From assembly GCA_964492105.1 (NCBI GenBank), contig CAZBJB010000001.1, positions 1 through 55,291 of the forward strand: DNA of 55,291 nt, in the 5' to 3' direction. The stretch is from an uncultured Zetaproteobacteria bacterium (GTDB lineage: Bacteria; Pseudomonadota; Zetaproteobacteria; Mariprofundales; Mariprofundaceae). Made by a program: the position numbers and the translations under genes. Under the pieces are notes generated by a model that made no database searches, was not told where the DNA came from, and saw nothing but the letters and a program-made list of their open reading frames with translations. This document shows, in pieces, positions 44,299 to 53,772 of the stretch. The first letter of the stretch is position 1; each line of letters starts with the position of its first letter.

Positions 44299-46467
44299 GA
44301 CCTGGTTGAAATCGCGGTATTCGCGCCGCTGAATAAAACGTTTACCTACACATGGCCTGAATGGCTGGGTGAACCGAAGCCGGGAGTGCGCGTTCAGGTG
44401 CCCTTCGGACGTGGTCGGCGGCTGGGCGTGGTGTGGTTCGAGGATGTAGCCCCTGACAGCGCCATTGAACTCAAAGCTGTGATCGACCGCGTGGATGCCG
44501 TGCCATTGTACGATTCCCGGCGCATGCAATGGCTTGAGCGGGCCCGCCGTTATTATGTGGTCGCGCCGGGTGAATGCGCCGAGACGGCATTTGCGTGGGC
44601 TGGCCATGAAGATAAACGTCGCTGGCACTGCCCCGATACGGCAGCCCTTTCCCGATCGGATAGCGGACTGGCTCAGGCTTTTTCACACCGGACGACGCTG
44701 TCCACCGCGACATTGCGGAAGAAATTATCCGTAACCGGATTGTATCATCGCCTGTGGCAGGCCGTGGCGGCAGGTCATCTGACGGAAGTGTTCAAGGGCG
44801 AGGAAGGGGATAGACCACATTCTTCGGGACAAAACAGTACAACAGCTCCCTTTTTACACCCGGAGATGCCCAACGAACCGATCCCCGAACATTTATTCCC
44901 CGCGCAACAACAGGCATTGGGCAGAATCAGCCGTATACGGGGGTTTGCGCCATTCCTGTTGTTCGGGTGTACGGGTTCCGGAAAAACGGAGGTCTACCTT
45001 CGGGCCGCCCGGCAACGGGTTGATGCAGGCAGGCAGGTACTTATCCTCGTTCCCGAGATCGGCCTGACACCACAGTGGCTGGCACGCCTTGCCACTCGCT
45101 TTAATCGGGTCGCCGTATGGCATTCAGGTCTTTCGGACGTTCGGCGTTTACAGGTTCGACGAGAGCTGCCGGGCGTGGACGTGCTCGTTGGCACCCGCTC
45201 CGCGCTCTTTCTTCCGCTGCCACGCTGTTCCATGATTGTCGTAGACGAGGAGCACGACACATCGTTTAAACAACAGGATGGCATGCATTATCATGCCCGG
45301 GATATGGCCGTTCTGCTGGCGCAGGAACTGGAGATTCCAATCATTCTTGGTAGCGCGACACCCAGTCTGGAGAGTTGGCGTCAGGCAAGGGATGGTCGTT
45401 ATCAACTTCTGGAGCTGCCTGAACGTATTGCACCGCACCCCGCTCCGGCGATTGAACGCATAGATATGCGCGGGATGGAGGCAGCCCTGTCCGATCCGAT
45501 GCTCGCCTTGCTGCGGGATACGAAAGATCGAGGGCTTCAGTCCATTCTGTATCTGAACCGGCGTGGCTATGCGCCCGCGCTCATCTGTACGGCCTGTGGC
45601 GACGTGCCGGAGTGCCCGTCCTGTTCCTTCAGACTTACGCTGCATCGGCGAAGGAAGGAGTTGCGCTGTCATGGCTGCGGGTTTGCCCGCCGTGTTCCGG
45701 TCGCGTGCGAGCATTGCGGTGAGGATGCGTTGCTGCCGCTGGGTGAAGGCACCGAAAAGGTGGAGGAACAGTTGGCCGCTACCCTGCCGGATTTGCGCAT
45801 GGCCAGGCTGGATCGCGATGCCGTGCGCAATGAAACCGAGCTGATGCGGATATTAGGAGATTTCTCGTCGGGTCAGCTGGACTGTTTGGTCGGTACGCAG
45901 ATGCTGGTCAAGGGGCACCATTTTCCCAATGTGGTGCTGGTCGGGGTGGTTAATGCTGATCTGGGTCTTGGTTTGCCGGATTTTCGTGCCGGAGAGCGCT
46001 GGTGGCAACAGATTACGCAAGTGGTGGGGCGCACGGGACGCGGCGAAGATCCGGGGCGGGTCATGGTTCAAACCCGCAATCCCGAAGGGCAATGGCTTTC
46101 CCGTATCGGTAGTGAACAGGCATGCAAGACACTGGATACCGAGCTTGCCTTGAGAAAAACACTGGATTATCCTCCGTTCGCACGCTGGGTTCGTATTATT
46201 TTTTTAGCCACGCATAATAACCTGGCCATGCAGGCGGCTGAATACGTAGCGCGGGCATGCGCTGCTCATATGCCGGATATTGTACAGTGCATGGGACCCA
46301 TGCCGTGCGCTATTGAGCGAATCGCTACGCGCTACCGCGTTGAACTGGTACTGCGGGATACGACGCGCAAGCACTTGCCATGGCGTCTTGCACCGTTGTT
46401 ATCGCGCATCACGCTTGCCTCTGGTGTGCGTATGCGCGTGGATGTGGATCCACTGGATATGATGTGA
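44287..46467 (+). CDS. priA: Primosomal protein N' (replication restart helicase PriA)
   Basis: [13 protein letters not shown] (Walker A), VVDEEHD, the Cys-rich zinc region [32 protein letters not shown], and [12 protein letters not shown]. Confidence 0.93.
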   Translation: MNSPDLVEIAVFAPLNKTFTYTWPEWLGEPKPGVRVQVPFGRGRRLGVVWFEDVAPDSAIELKAVIDRVDAVPLYDSRRMQWLERARRYYVVAPGECAETAFAWAGHEDKRRWHCPDTAALSRSDSGLAQAFSHRTTLSTATLRKKLSVTGLYHRLWQAVAAGHLTEVFKGEEGDRPHSSGQNSTTAPFLHPEMPNEPIPEHLFPAQQQALGRISRIRGFAPFLLFGCTGSGKTEVYLRAARQRVDAGRQVLILVPEIGLTPQWLARLATRFNRVAVWHSGLSDVRRLQVRRELPGVDVLVGTRSALFLPLPRCSMIVVDEEHDTSFKQQDGMHYHARDMAVLLAQELEIPIILGSATPSLESWRQARDGRYQLLELPERIAPHPAPAIERIDMRGMEAALSDPMLALLRDTKDRGLQSILYLNRRGYAPALICTACGDVPECPSCSFRLTLHRRRKELRCHGCGFARRVPVACEHCGEDALLPLGEGTEKVEEQLAATLPDLRMARLDRDAVRNETELMRILGDFSSGQLDCLVGTQMLVKGHHFPNVVLVGVVNADLGLGLPDFRAGERWWQQITQVVGRTGRGEDPGRVMVQTRNPEGQWLSRIGSEQACKTLDTELALRKTLDYPPFARWVRIIFLATHNNLAMQAAEYVARACAAHMPDIVQCMGPMPCAIERIATRYRVELVLRDTTRKHLPWRLAPLLSRITLASGVRMRVDVDPLDMM

Positions 46468-46508
46468 ACTCACCTGCGTTATTCATGCGGGTTACCACAG
46501 GGGGCGAT

Positions 46509-46871
46509 ATGAGTATGGAACTGACTGAAGCCGCTGCGGGAAAGGTTCAGGGGCTGCTGGCACAGGAAGAAAATGAAGCACTACATCTGCGAATTTTTGT
46601 TTCCGGCGGAGGCTGCTCGGGGTTTCAGTATGGTTTTACGTTCGATACGGAGGTGAAGCAGGATGATACGGTGGTGGAAAGCCACGGCGTCAAGCTGCTG
46701 GTGGACGCCATGAGCCTTGATCTGCTCAAGGGTTCCGAGATTGACTATCAGTGTTCACTGCAAGGCGAAGCCTTTGTCATTCGCAATCCGAATGCCGGAT
46801 CCACCTGTGGCTGCGGTCAGTCGTTCACACCTTCCAAAAGCGGTAGTGGATGCGCCAACGCAGGCTATTGA
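46509..46871 (+). CDS. erpA: Iron-sulfur cluster insertion protein ErpA/IscA family
   Basis: [20 protein letters not shown] and a C-terminal [14 protein letters not shown]. It carries an extra tail of about 14 aa. Confidence 0.85.
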   Translation: MSMELTEAAAGKVQGLLAQEENEALHLRIFVSGGGCSGFQYGFTFDTEVKQDDTVVESHGVKLLVDAMSLDLLKGSEIDYQCSLQGEAFVIRNPNAGSTCGCGQSFTPSKSGSGCANAGY

Positions 46872-46895
46872 TAAAAAAGAAACGTAACTACTCAG

Positions 46896-46921
46896 CCGCT
46901 CATGAGTTTTGCAAGAGGCTC
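46896..46921. repeat. MITE family A, terminal fragment
   Basis: CCGCTCATGAGTTTTGCAAGAGGCTC is identical to the last 26 nt of copy 5. Confidence 0.7.
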
Positions 46922-46934
46922 CCTGGCCTGAACT

Positions 46935-46974
46935 ATTCATAAATCGCCGTGATGATTGCGCCTGCCTGTGCGTG
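46935..46974. repeat. Family C repeat, truncated left arm
   Basis: ATTCATAAATCGCCGTGATGATTGCGCCTGCCTGTGCGTG. Confidence 0.7.
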
Positions 46975-46984
46975 TAGAGTACAA

Positions 46985-47311
46985 CCCAGATCCTGCAAGT
47001 GCTTGCACACACATAGTGCAACCCCTTGATTCATCCAGCATATCGAAAAAACATTCGAGCCTCTTGCAAAACTCTGGGTGGATGAGCGGCAATCCCACTT
47101 TGAGACTATTTCCGGGATTGAATGAGCTGCATGGTGGTTCCATGGAGCGAAATTCAAGCTCGGAAATGGGCCGAAGTGGGGAAGCCGATCACCGCTCATG
47201 AGTTTTGCAAGAGGCTCATTCATCACCAATAAGGTGACAACATGTTTTTTCGATATGCTGTATAAACCAATCTCTTACACTCTGCATGCACGATCACTTG
47301 CAGGATCTAGG
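46985..47311. mobile_element. MITE family B, copy 3, interrupted by MITE-A copy 5
   Basis: CCCAGATCCTGCAAGTG...CTTGCAGGATCTAGG, flanked by the 5-bp direct repeat TACAA (46980-84 and 47312-16). Confidence 0.8.
47057..47217. mobile_element. MITE family A, copy 5 (nested in B)
   Basis: Flanked by ATTC (47053-56 and 47218-21). The uninterrupted B copy reads AACATTCATCACC at this point. Confidence 0.85.
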
Positions 47312-47316
47312 TACAA

Positions 47317-47334
47317 TCACTTGCAGGATCTAGG
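47317..47334. repeat. Solo MITE-B right-end remnant
   Basis: TCACTTGCAGGATCTAGG repeats the last 18 nt of B immediately after the TACAA duplication. Confidence 0.6.
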
Positions 47335-47614
47335 TTATATTCCCTTCATCAGCGACAGTGTAGAGTCCCCTGATGCTTCATGTCCTGTCCCGTAGAGGTG
47401 CATACCCTCAGATCCATCCCGGGGATCCATGGCAAGGCGTGTCCCGCAGCCAATGGTGTGCCCCTGGCACGGGTTGCAACGCTGCATTGATCCCCTGGCA
47501 TGGCTTCCTTCGGGCGAGGTTGGGCGAGCGGGCGGCTGCGTTATACCCGTTTGAATTGTCCACGGTCGATCCCGTGCTCGCACGGCTTGCTGTACGCCTC
47601 GCCGGGAATTGCTG

Positions 47615-48595
47615 ATGGTACACTCTTCTACGGAACAGGGCGCCGGATTCGCCTTGCAAGTACAAGATTTGCACAAGATTTACAGCAATGGAAAATCCGC
47701 ACTGGGTGGCGTAAATCTGAATGTTCCAAGGGGTGCATTCTACGCACTTCTTGGGCCAAACGGGGCGGGTAAAAGTACGTTGATCAATATCCTGGCCGAT
47801 ATTGTCCGTCCCTCCTCCGGATCAGCATACCTGATGGATCATGATATGTTCCGCGACAAGGCGTGGTGCAAGCGGCATATGGGTGTGGTACCGCAAGAAA
47901 TTGCCTTTGATCCGTTTTTTAATCCGCGTGAAATGTTATGGATTACCTCCGGGCTGTTCGGGTGCAAACCCGATAGTGCATGGATTAACGAGTTGCTGGA
48001 TATCCTTGATCTTTCCGTGCATGCGGACAAAAACGCACGCCAGCTCTCCAGTGGTATGCGCAGGCGTTTGCTGGTGGCGCTGGCGCTGGTACATAAGCCG
48101 TCATTGGTGATTCTCGACGAGCCGACGGCCGGGGTGGACGTTGAGTTACGCCGTCGCCTGTGGGATTTCATGCGCGAACTGAATCGTGCGGGGACGACAA
48201 TCCTGTTGACTACGCATTATCTCGAGGAGGCCGAAGAGTTGTGCGATTACGTAACCATCATCGATCAGGGGCAGGTGGTGGCTGACCGTCCCATGCAAGA
48301 ATTGATGCATGACGATGCCGGACGCTATTTGTGGCTGCGGTATGGCGAGGGATTCAGCATCTCCGATGAGGATGCGCGGGCGCTGGCGGATTTTCATCCA
48401 CGCACCAGTGAGCGGGGCATCTGCCTGACGTTGCGTTACGGAAAACCGGATGAAACCAATTTTCATGAAGCCTATCGGGCGGCGGTGTCGCGCTTTGGCG
48501 CGCCGGTGGATGCGGGCGTGCGCCAGGAGGATCTGGAGGATGTGTTTATTCGCCTGACGCATGATACGAACGACAACATGAAGGGGACCACATGA
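47615..48595 (+). CDS. ABC transporter ATP-binding protein (ABC-2 type exporter)
   Basis: Walker A GPNGAGKST, signature LSSGMRRR, Walker B ILDEPTAGVD. The ATG at 47615 is in frame with the ORF-track TTG at 47609. Confidence 0.9.
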   Translation: MVHSSTEQGAGFALQVQDLHKIYSNGKSALGGVNLNVPRGAFYALLGPNGAGKSTLINILADIVRPSSGSAYLMDHDMFRDKAWCKRHMGVVPQEIAFDPFFNPREMLWITSGLFGCKPDSAWINELLDILDLSVHADKNARQLSSGMRRRLLVALALVHKPSLVILDEPTAGVDVELRRRLWDFMRELNRAGTTILLTTHYLEEAEELCDYVTIIDQGQVVADRPMQELMHDDAGRYLWLRYGEGFSISDEDARALADFHPRTSERGICLTLRYGKPDETNFHEAYRAAVSRFGAPVDAGVRQEDLEDVFIRLTHDTNDNMKGTT

Positions 48596-49362
48596 AACCG
48601 CTCAATCCACGCGGTGCATGGACGCTGTTTCTGCGCGAGACCCGCCGATTCATGAACGTGAAGATGCAGACCATCGTGGCACCCGCACTGACGGCCATCA
48701 TGTATCTGCTGGTATTTCGCTATGCTATGGGCCGGCGTTCGGTACCGGGGTTGCATGTCGATTATTTCTCCTTCCTGATTCCGGGGCTGGTCATGATGTC
48801 CATGTTGCAAAACGCGTTTGCCAACACGTCCAGCTCCATGATTGTCGGTAAAGTAATGAATGTACATATCTACCTGCTGATGGCTCCGCTTGCCGCAATT
48901 GAAGTGGTAGGCGCATTTCTGGCTGCCGCCGTGGTGCGTGCGCTGACTGTTGCCACGGTACTGTTGCTGGTACTTGTCCCGTTTACCGCGCTAACATTTA
49001 CACATATCGGCCTGGCTCTGTTCTATGGCGTGTGCGGCAGCATTCTGATGGGCGGTTTTGGCCTGATTGCCGGTATGTGGTCAGATAAATTCGATGATAT
49101 AGCGCTGATCAATAATTTCCTCATCATGCCGTTGACCTTTCTCTCCGGTGTGTTTTATTCAGTCAAACAATTGCCGCCGTTCTGGCAACATGTAAATCAT
49201 TTCAATCCGTTCTTCTACCTGATTGACGGTTTCCGTTACGGCTTCATTGGGGTAGGGGATACCAACCCGTTCACCGCCCTGTGGGTGGTCGGCGGTGCAA
49301 CATTGATCTGCATGGCTGCCTGCTGGAATCTGTGGCGCATCGGCTGGCGGTTAAAGGAGTAA
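48592..49362 (+). CDS. ABC-2 family transporter permease (YadH-like)
   Basis: A six-TM protein. Its start overlaps the ATPase stop (ATGA). The N-terminus RETRRFMNVKMQTIVAPALT is typical of ABC-2. Confidence 0.85.
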   Translation: MKPLNPRGAWTLFLRETRRFMNVKMQTIVAPALTAIMYLLVFRYAMGRRSVPGLHVDYFSFLIPGLVMMSMLQNAFANTSSSMIVGKVMNVHIYLLMAPLAAIEVVGAFLAAAVVRALTVATVLLLVLVPFTALTFTHIGLALFYGVCGSILMGGFGLIAGMWSDKFDDIALINNFLIMPLTFLSGVFYSVKQLPPFWQHVNHFNPFFYLIDGFRYGFIGVGDTNPFTALWVVGGATLICMAACWNLWRIGWRLKE

Positions 49363-49598
49363 TTGCAACATAAACGGGCAGCATGGCGTCCACCCCGGCC
49401 CCCCCTCCTGGTGATGCGGATTTATCCGGCGTATTGCAGGGCGGCGGGCACGGGAGTTATTTGCCATTTTGAATATATTTATGGCATCATGTTTTTGTAT
49501 CGATTTATACCCTGCCGCCCGGAAACACCCCTTTCCATTTCTTGCCGTGCCTCTCAACAAATTATGGGAACTGTGATCAGACAGGGACTATACGGGCC

Positions 49599-52500
49599 GT
49601 GATTTTCCTGCATGTTTCCTTCCGCGACGGCGTCCCCTGGCTCTGGGGCGAGCAGGATCGTGCGACCCGGGACAAGGCGCTGAGGCCCTGCTGCTATGAT
49701 CCCGGCATCAAGGGGCTGCGCGCCGCACTGAAACAGCTTGCTCCCGACATCAGCATGCTGAAGCGCAACACGTCCAGCGCAACAATCTGGCTCCCGTCAC
49801 GGGGCGATACCCCCATTCCCTCATCGTCGATGATCGGGCCATCCCCCGATCTCAGAAGGAAAGTGGCCATCAGGCCGCATGTTGTGCTGGTGCGAACATT
49901 GTCGCTGGAAGAATTGCTGGAACTGGTGTCCCTTGCCGATTCCGGGGCGCATGCCAATGCCGGAATCCTGTTCGGAACCTCCTTTTTATGGTGTAGCCGC
50001 CTGTTGGCCATGGCGCTGAATATCATGGTCAAAGAGAACTTCCTGCCCGGCTTGATCCATGGCGGCGACGGGTATGAAGCGCGCTGGCTTCCGGCGCCTG
50101 ACGAGGATGACGAGCGGAATCTCGCCGCACTGGCATCAAGCATGCCCGGCACCTGCCGCTGTATGGGGGATGCACCGGATGCTCCGCCGGAAACCCATCC
50201 CCGCCAAACGATGAATCTTTTGCTGGTGCGCATGGTGGACGCAGTGGTGCGGCGCGCCAATACACCCGGACCCCTGCAACAAACCAGGCGCCATGCCAGT
50301 GTGCATGATGCATGGATGGCGGCGCTGGTCTCAGCGGATGCCACGGTGCGGTGGAAAGATTCCGGGGATTTACAAACCTTTGCACGGGAACTGGCCCGCT
50401 GGCGGCGACCGGTCGATCTGGTGGCGAAATCACCGTTCAAGTTCGCTTTTCGCCTGGCGGAGCCCGGTGATGGCGCCCCGGAGGATGCCGCCGACGCGTG
50501 GCGGGTGGATTACCTGCTGCAACCCAAGAGCGATCCGAGCCTGATGATCCCCGTATCTGAATTGTGGCGGACGGACAAACGCACTGTGGCACAGTTGAAG
50601 GAATTTGGCTCCGACGCCACCGAATTCCTGCTGACGGCGTTGGGACAGGCGGCGGGTCTCTGCCCCGAAGTGGCGGCAAGCCTGAAGGTACGGAATCCGG
50701 ATGGATTTATGTGTAATGCCGCCGGCGCCTGTCGCTTTCTGCAGGAACAGGCGCAGGCGTTGCGTTCCGCGGGCTTTGTCGTGCTGTTGCCGTCGTGGTG
50801 GGTGGGCCATGGGGCGGTGGGGCGCTTAAGCCTCACGGCCAGGGCGAAGACCCCCGTGATGCAGGGAGCAGGCGATCTGACGCTGGATGCCATGATTCAA
50901 TTCGATCTGGCGGCTTCACTGGGCGATGATAAACTGGATATCACTGAACTACGCCGGCTGGCGTTGCTGAAAGCGCCGCTGGTGCGGGTGCGTGGCCAGT
51001 GGACGATGATCGACGCCGATGAAATCAAACGTGCGGTTCGTTTTCTGGAACGGCAGCAGCAAGAGTCCACGACGGCCCGCGACCTGATTGCGATGGCGCT
51101 TGGATCGGAAAAGAAAGTCGGCAGCCTGCCAGTGACAGCGGTGGAAACCCATGGGTGGCTGGATGATCTGCTGTCAACGCTTACCGGCAAGCAGGATTTT
51201 GAAACGCTCTCCCAGCCCGGTCAGTTTGCGGGCCAGCTTCGCCCCTATCAGGAACGAGGCTATTCATGGCTCGCCTTTCTGCGCCGATGGGGATTAGGCG
51301 CTTGCCTGGCGGATGATATGGGGCTTGGGAAAACGGTGCAGACGCTGGCTCTTATCCAGCGTGAGCGCGAGGCGGGCGAGCAGCGTCCGGTGTTGCTGGC
51401 TTGCCCCACCTCGGTCATCAACAACTGGCGCAAGGAAGCGGAGCGGTTTACCCCGGATCTGTCCGTGCTGGTGCATCATGGTCCCGACCGCAGGCGGAAG
51501 GGTGCATTCGCCAGATCCGCCACAAAACACGCGCTGGTGATTTCCAGTTACGCCCTGCTGCAACGGGATATTGATTTTCTGAAGGATATCGATTGGGCCG
51601 GCGTGGTGTTGGATGAGGCGCAGAATATCAAGAATCCGGAGAGTAAACAGTCCAGGGCTGCTCGTGGCATCAAGGCGGACTACCGGATCGCTCTGACCGG
51701 TACGCCAGTGGAAAACCATGTCGGGGATTTATGGTCACTGATGGATTTTCTCAATCCGGGCTTGCTTGGCAGCCAAAACGGATTCAAACAAGCCTTCTAC
51801 AAGCCAATTCAGGTATGGCGCGATACGAATGCTGCCGCGCGACTCAAACAACTGACGGCGCCCTTTATTCTGCGTCGGATGAAGACGGATCGTTCCATTA
51901 TCAGCGATTTGCCGGACAAGATTGAACAGAAGGCATACTGTACGCTGACCCGCGAGCAGGCCTCATTGTATCAGGCCGTGGTCGAGGATATGCAGCAGCG
52001 GCTGGAGCAGGCATCGGGCATTGAGCGGCGCGGACTGGTGCTGGCCACCTTGTCCAAACTCAAGCAGGTCTGCAATCACCCGGCTCAGTTCATGGGTGAT
52101 GCCTCCGGGCTGGCCGGTCGTTCCGGCAAGCTCGCACGCCTGCATGAGATGCTGGAAGAGATCAGGGAAGCTGGTGAACGAACGCTTGTTTTTACCCAGT
52201 TCTCGACCATGGGCGGGATGTTGCAACGCTATTTTCAGGACCAACTTGGCGAGGAGGTGTTATTTTTACATGGTGGCGTTGCCAGGAAGCAGCGCGACGC
52301 CATGATTGAGCGTTTTCAGCAGGATGCGGATGCACCGCATCTTTTCGTTCTGTCGCTCAAGGCTGGCGGTACGGGGCTGACGCTGACGCGGGCCAACCAC
52401 GTGGTACATTTCGATCGGTGGTGGAATCCGGCTGTGGAGAATCAGGCTACGGATCGCGCCTTTCGCATTGGCCAGCGCCGCAATGTGCAGGTGCACAAAT

Positions 52501-52664
52501 TCATCGTTGCCGGAACGCTTGAGGAGCGGATTGATGAGATGATCGAACAGAAAACAGGTATCGCCGCGCAGGTGATAGGCAGTGGCGAGCAGTGGCTCAC
52601 CGAACTGAGCAATAACGAACTGCGGGACATGATCAGCCTCAGCCGCGATGCCGTGGGAGAATAA
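49599..52664 (+). CDS. SNF2-family (HelZ-like) helicase with a long N-terminal domain of unknown function
   Basis: LRPYQERGYSWLAF, motif I DDMGLGKT, motif II LDEAQNIKN, motif III LTGTPVEN, and a helicase-C region LKAGGTGLTLTRANHVVHFDRWWNPAVENQATDRAFRIGQ. The N-terminus VIFLHVSFRDG..WLWGE is typical of this family, so I prefer the GTG at 49599 over the TTG at 49542. Confidence 0.88.
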   Translation: MIFLHVSFRDGVPWLWGEQDRATRDKALRPCCYDPGIKGLRAALKQLAPDISMLKRNTSSATIWLPSRGDTPIPSSSMIGPSPDLRRKVAIRPHVVLVRTLSLEELLELVSLADSGAHANAGILFGTSFLWCSRLLAMALNIMVKENFLPGLIHGGDGYEARWLPAPDEDDERNLAALASSMPGTCRCMGDAPDAPPETHPRQTMNLLLVRMVDAVVRRANTPGPLQQTRRHASVHDAWMAALVSADATVRWKDSGDLQTFARELARWRRPVDLVAKSPFKFAFRLAEPGDGAPEDAADAWRVDYLLQPKSDPSLMIPVSELWRTDKRTVAQLKEFGSDATEFLLTALGQAAGLCPEVAASLKVRNPDGFMCNAAGACRFLQEQAQALRSAGFVVLLPSWWVGHGAVGRLSLTARAKTPVMQGAGDLTLDAMIQFDLAASLGDDKLDITELRRLALLKAPLVRVRGQWTMIDADEIKRAVRFLERQQQESTTARDLIAMALGSEKKVGSLPVTAVETHGWLDDLLSTLTGKQDFETLSQPGQFAGQLRPYQERGYSWLAFLRRWGLGACLADDMGLGKTVQTLALIQREREAGEQRPVLLACPTSVINNWRKEAERFTPDLSVLVHHGPDRRRKGAFARSATKHALVISSYALLQRDIDFLKDIDWAGVVLDEAQNIKNPESKQSRAARGIKADYRIALTGTPVENHVGDLWSLMDFLNPGLLGSQNGFKQAFYKPIQVWRDTNAAARLKQLTAPFILRRMKTDRSIISDLPDKIEQKAYCTLTREQASLYQAVVEDMQQRLEQASGIERRGLVLATLSKLKQVCNHPAQFMGDASGLAGRSGKLARLHEMLEEIREAGERTLVFTQFSTMGGMLQRYFQDQLGEEVLFLHGGVARKQRDAMIERFQQDADAPHLFVLSLKAGGTGLTLTRANHVVHFDRWWNPAVENQATDRAFRIGQRRNVQVHKFIVAGTLEERIDEMIEQKTGIAAQVIGSGEQWLTELSNNELRDMISLSRDAVGE

Positions 52665-52665
52665 G

Positions 52666-53553
52666 ATGGCCCGATATGACTGGTATTACACGCCCGCCAG
52701 GCCGAAGGCGGTGAAAGGCGGCATCAAGGCGCAGAGTAAGCGCGGCGCATTTTCCACCAAGTGGTGGGGCAAGCGCTGGATTCAGACGCTGGAAGGCTTT
52801 CGTATTGGCGCGCGCCTGTCGCGGGGCCGCGCCTATGCCCGCAAGGGGCAGGTGGCCAGCCTGGATGTTGAACCGGGAGAAATTCAAGCCAGGGTTCAGG
52901 GGTCCCGCCGAGGTGCCTACAGGGTGTCCATCAAACTGGCCATATTGAACGCCGAACAGTGGCGGAAAGTCGCGGATCGGATTAGCGAAGAGCCAATCTT
53001 CGCCGCCTTGCTGCTGGGCGGTGAAATGCCTGAAGATATTGAGCGGATTTTCTCCGATGCCGGGGCGCCATTGTTTCCCGTGCGTCAGCATGACCTCGAT
53101 ACCGATTGTTCCTGTCCGGACTGGTCCAACCCTTGCAAGCATATTGCCGCCGTCTATTACCTGCTGGCGGAAGCGTTTGATCAGGATCCGTTCCTGCTGT
53201 TCAGACTGCGCGGCATGGATCGGGATGTGTTCCTGGATCGCTTACGCTCAGCCGGGTCGGACGAACAGATAACAGAGGAAGCCTTCCCTCAGTCCGAATC
53301 AGATCCGTTGCCGCTGGATCACGACGCATTCTGGGGCAAGGAGGCCCTGATGCCGGAGGGCGAAGCAACAGCCAATCTTCCGGCCCTGCATGCGGCGATT
53401 CCGAGACGGTTGGGAACACTCCCGTTCTGGAGGGCGGAACGTGATTTCATCAAGGGAATGGAAGCATTTTATTGCCATGTCTCCGCTCTGGCGCTGTCGC
53501 TTGTGGAACAGGATCGCGCCAACACGGATGGAAACTTCTCCGACGCGGTCTGA
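52666..53553 (+). CDS. SWIM zinc-finger protein
   Basis: The CxCx(n)CxH motif DCSCPDWSNPCKHIAAVYYLL. The ATG at 52666 is 2 nt after the SNF2 stop and is preceded by GGGAGA. Confidence 0.85.
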   Translation: MARYDWYYTPARPKAVKGGIKAQSKRGAFSTKWWGKRWIQTLEGFRIGARLSRGRAYARKGQVASLDVEPGEIQARVQGSRRGAYRVSIKLAILNAEQWRKVADRISEEPIFAALLLGGEMPEDIERIFSDAGAPLFPVRQHDLDTDCSCPDWSNPCKHIAAVYYLLAEAFDQDPFLLFRLRGMDRDVFLDRLRSAGSDEQITEEAFPQSESDPLPLDHDAFWGKEALMPEGEATANLPALHAAIPRRLGTLPFWRAERDFIKGMEAFYCHVSALALSLVEQDRANTDGNFSDAV

Positions 53554-53772
53554 AAACGCCTTGTATCAATGATCAACTTCTCTCCACAGCCTAACCCGCG
53601 ATAGATACGCCCTTCCTGATATATTGGGAGGCCATTTTTGCGATAAAACAGTCAGGTTTGAGCATCTTGCACAACCCTGATCGATCAGCCCGTTTTGTAC
53701 GCTTTATTTATGTTGTTGTTCGTATCAGCATGCCTTGCTTGCGGCGCTTCCGCCGCCCGGAGCAGAAAAAAT

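Noticed and set aside
47336-47614. AGTCCCCTGA near 47364 is reminiscent of the E. coli 6S RNA 5' arm. SRP, RNase P and tmRNA were also considered.
   Set aside because: No matching 3' closing arm or central-bubble arrangement could be found. None of the universally conserved RNase P, SRP or tmRNA strings are present, and the genomic context is not that of ssrS.
53740-53755. A GCGGCG-CTTC-CGCCGC hairpin just upstream of purB, considered as a terminator for the SWIM gene.
   Set aside because: No T-tract follows on either strand. It lies within the spurious N-terminal extension of the purB ORF. Its function is undetermined.
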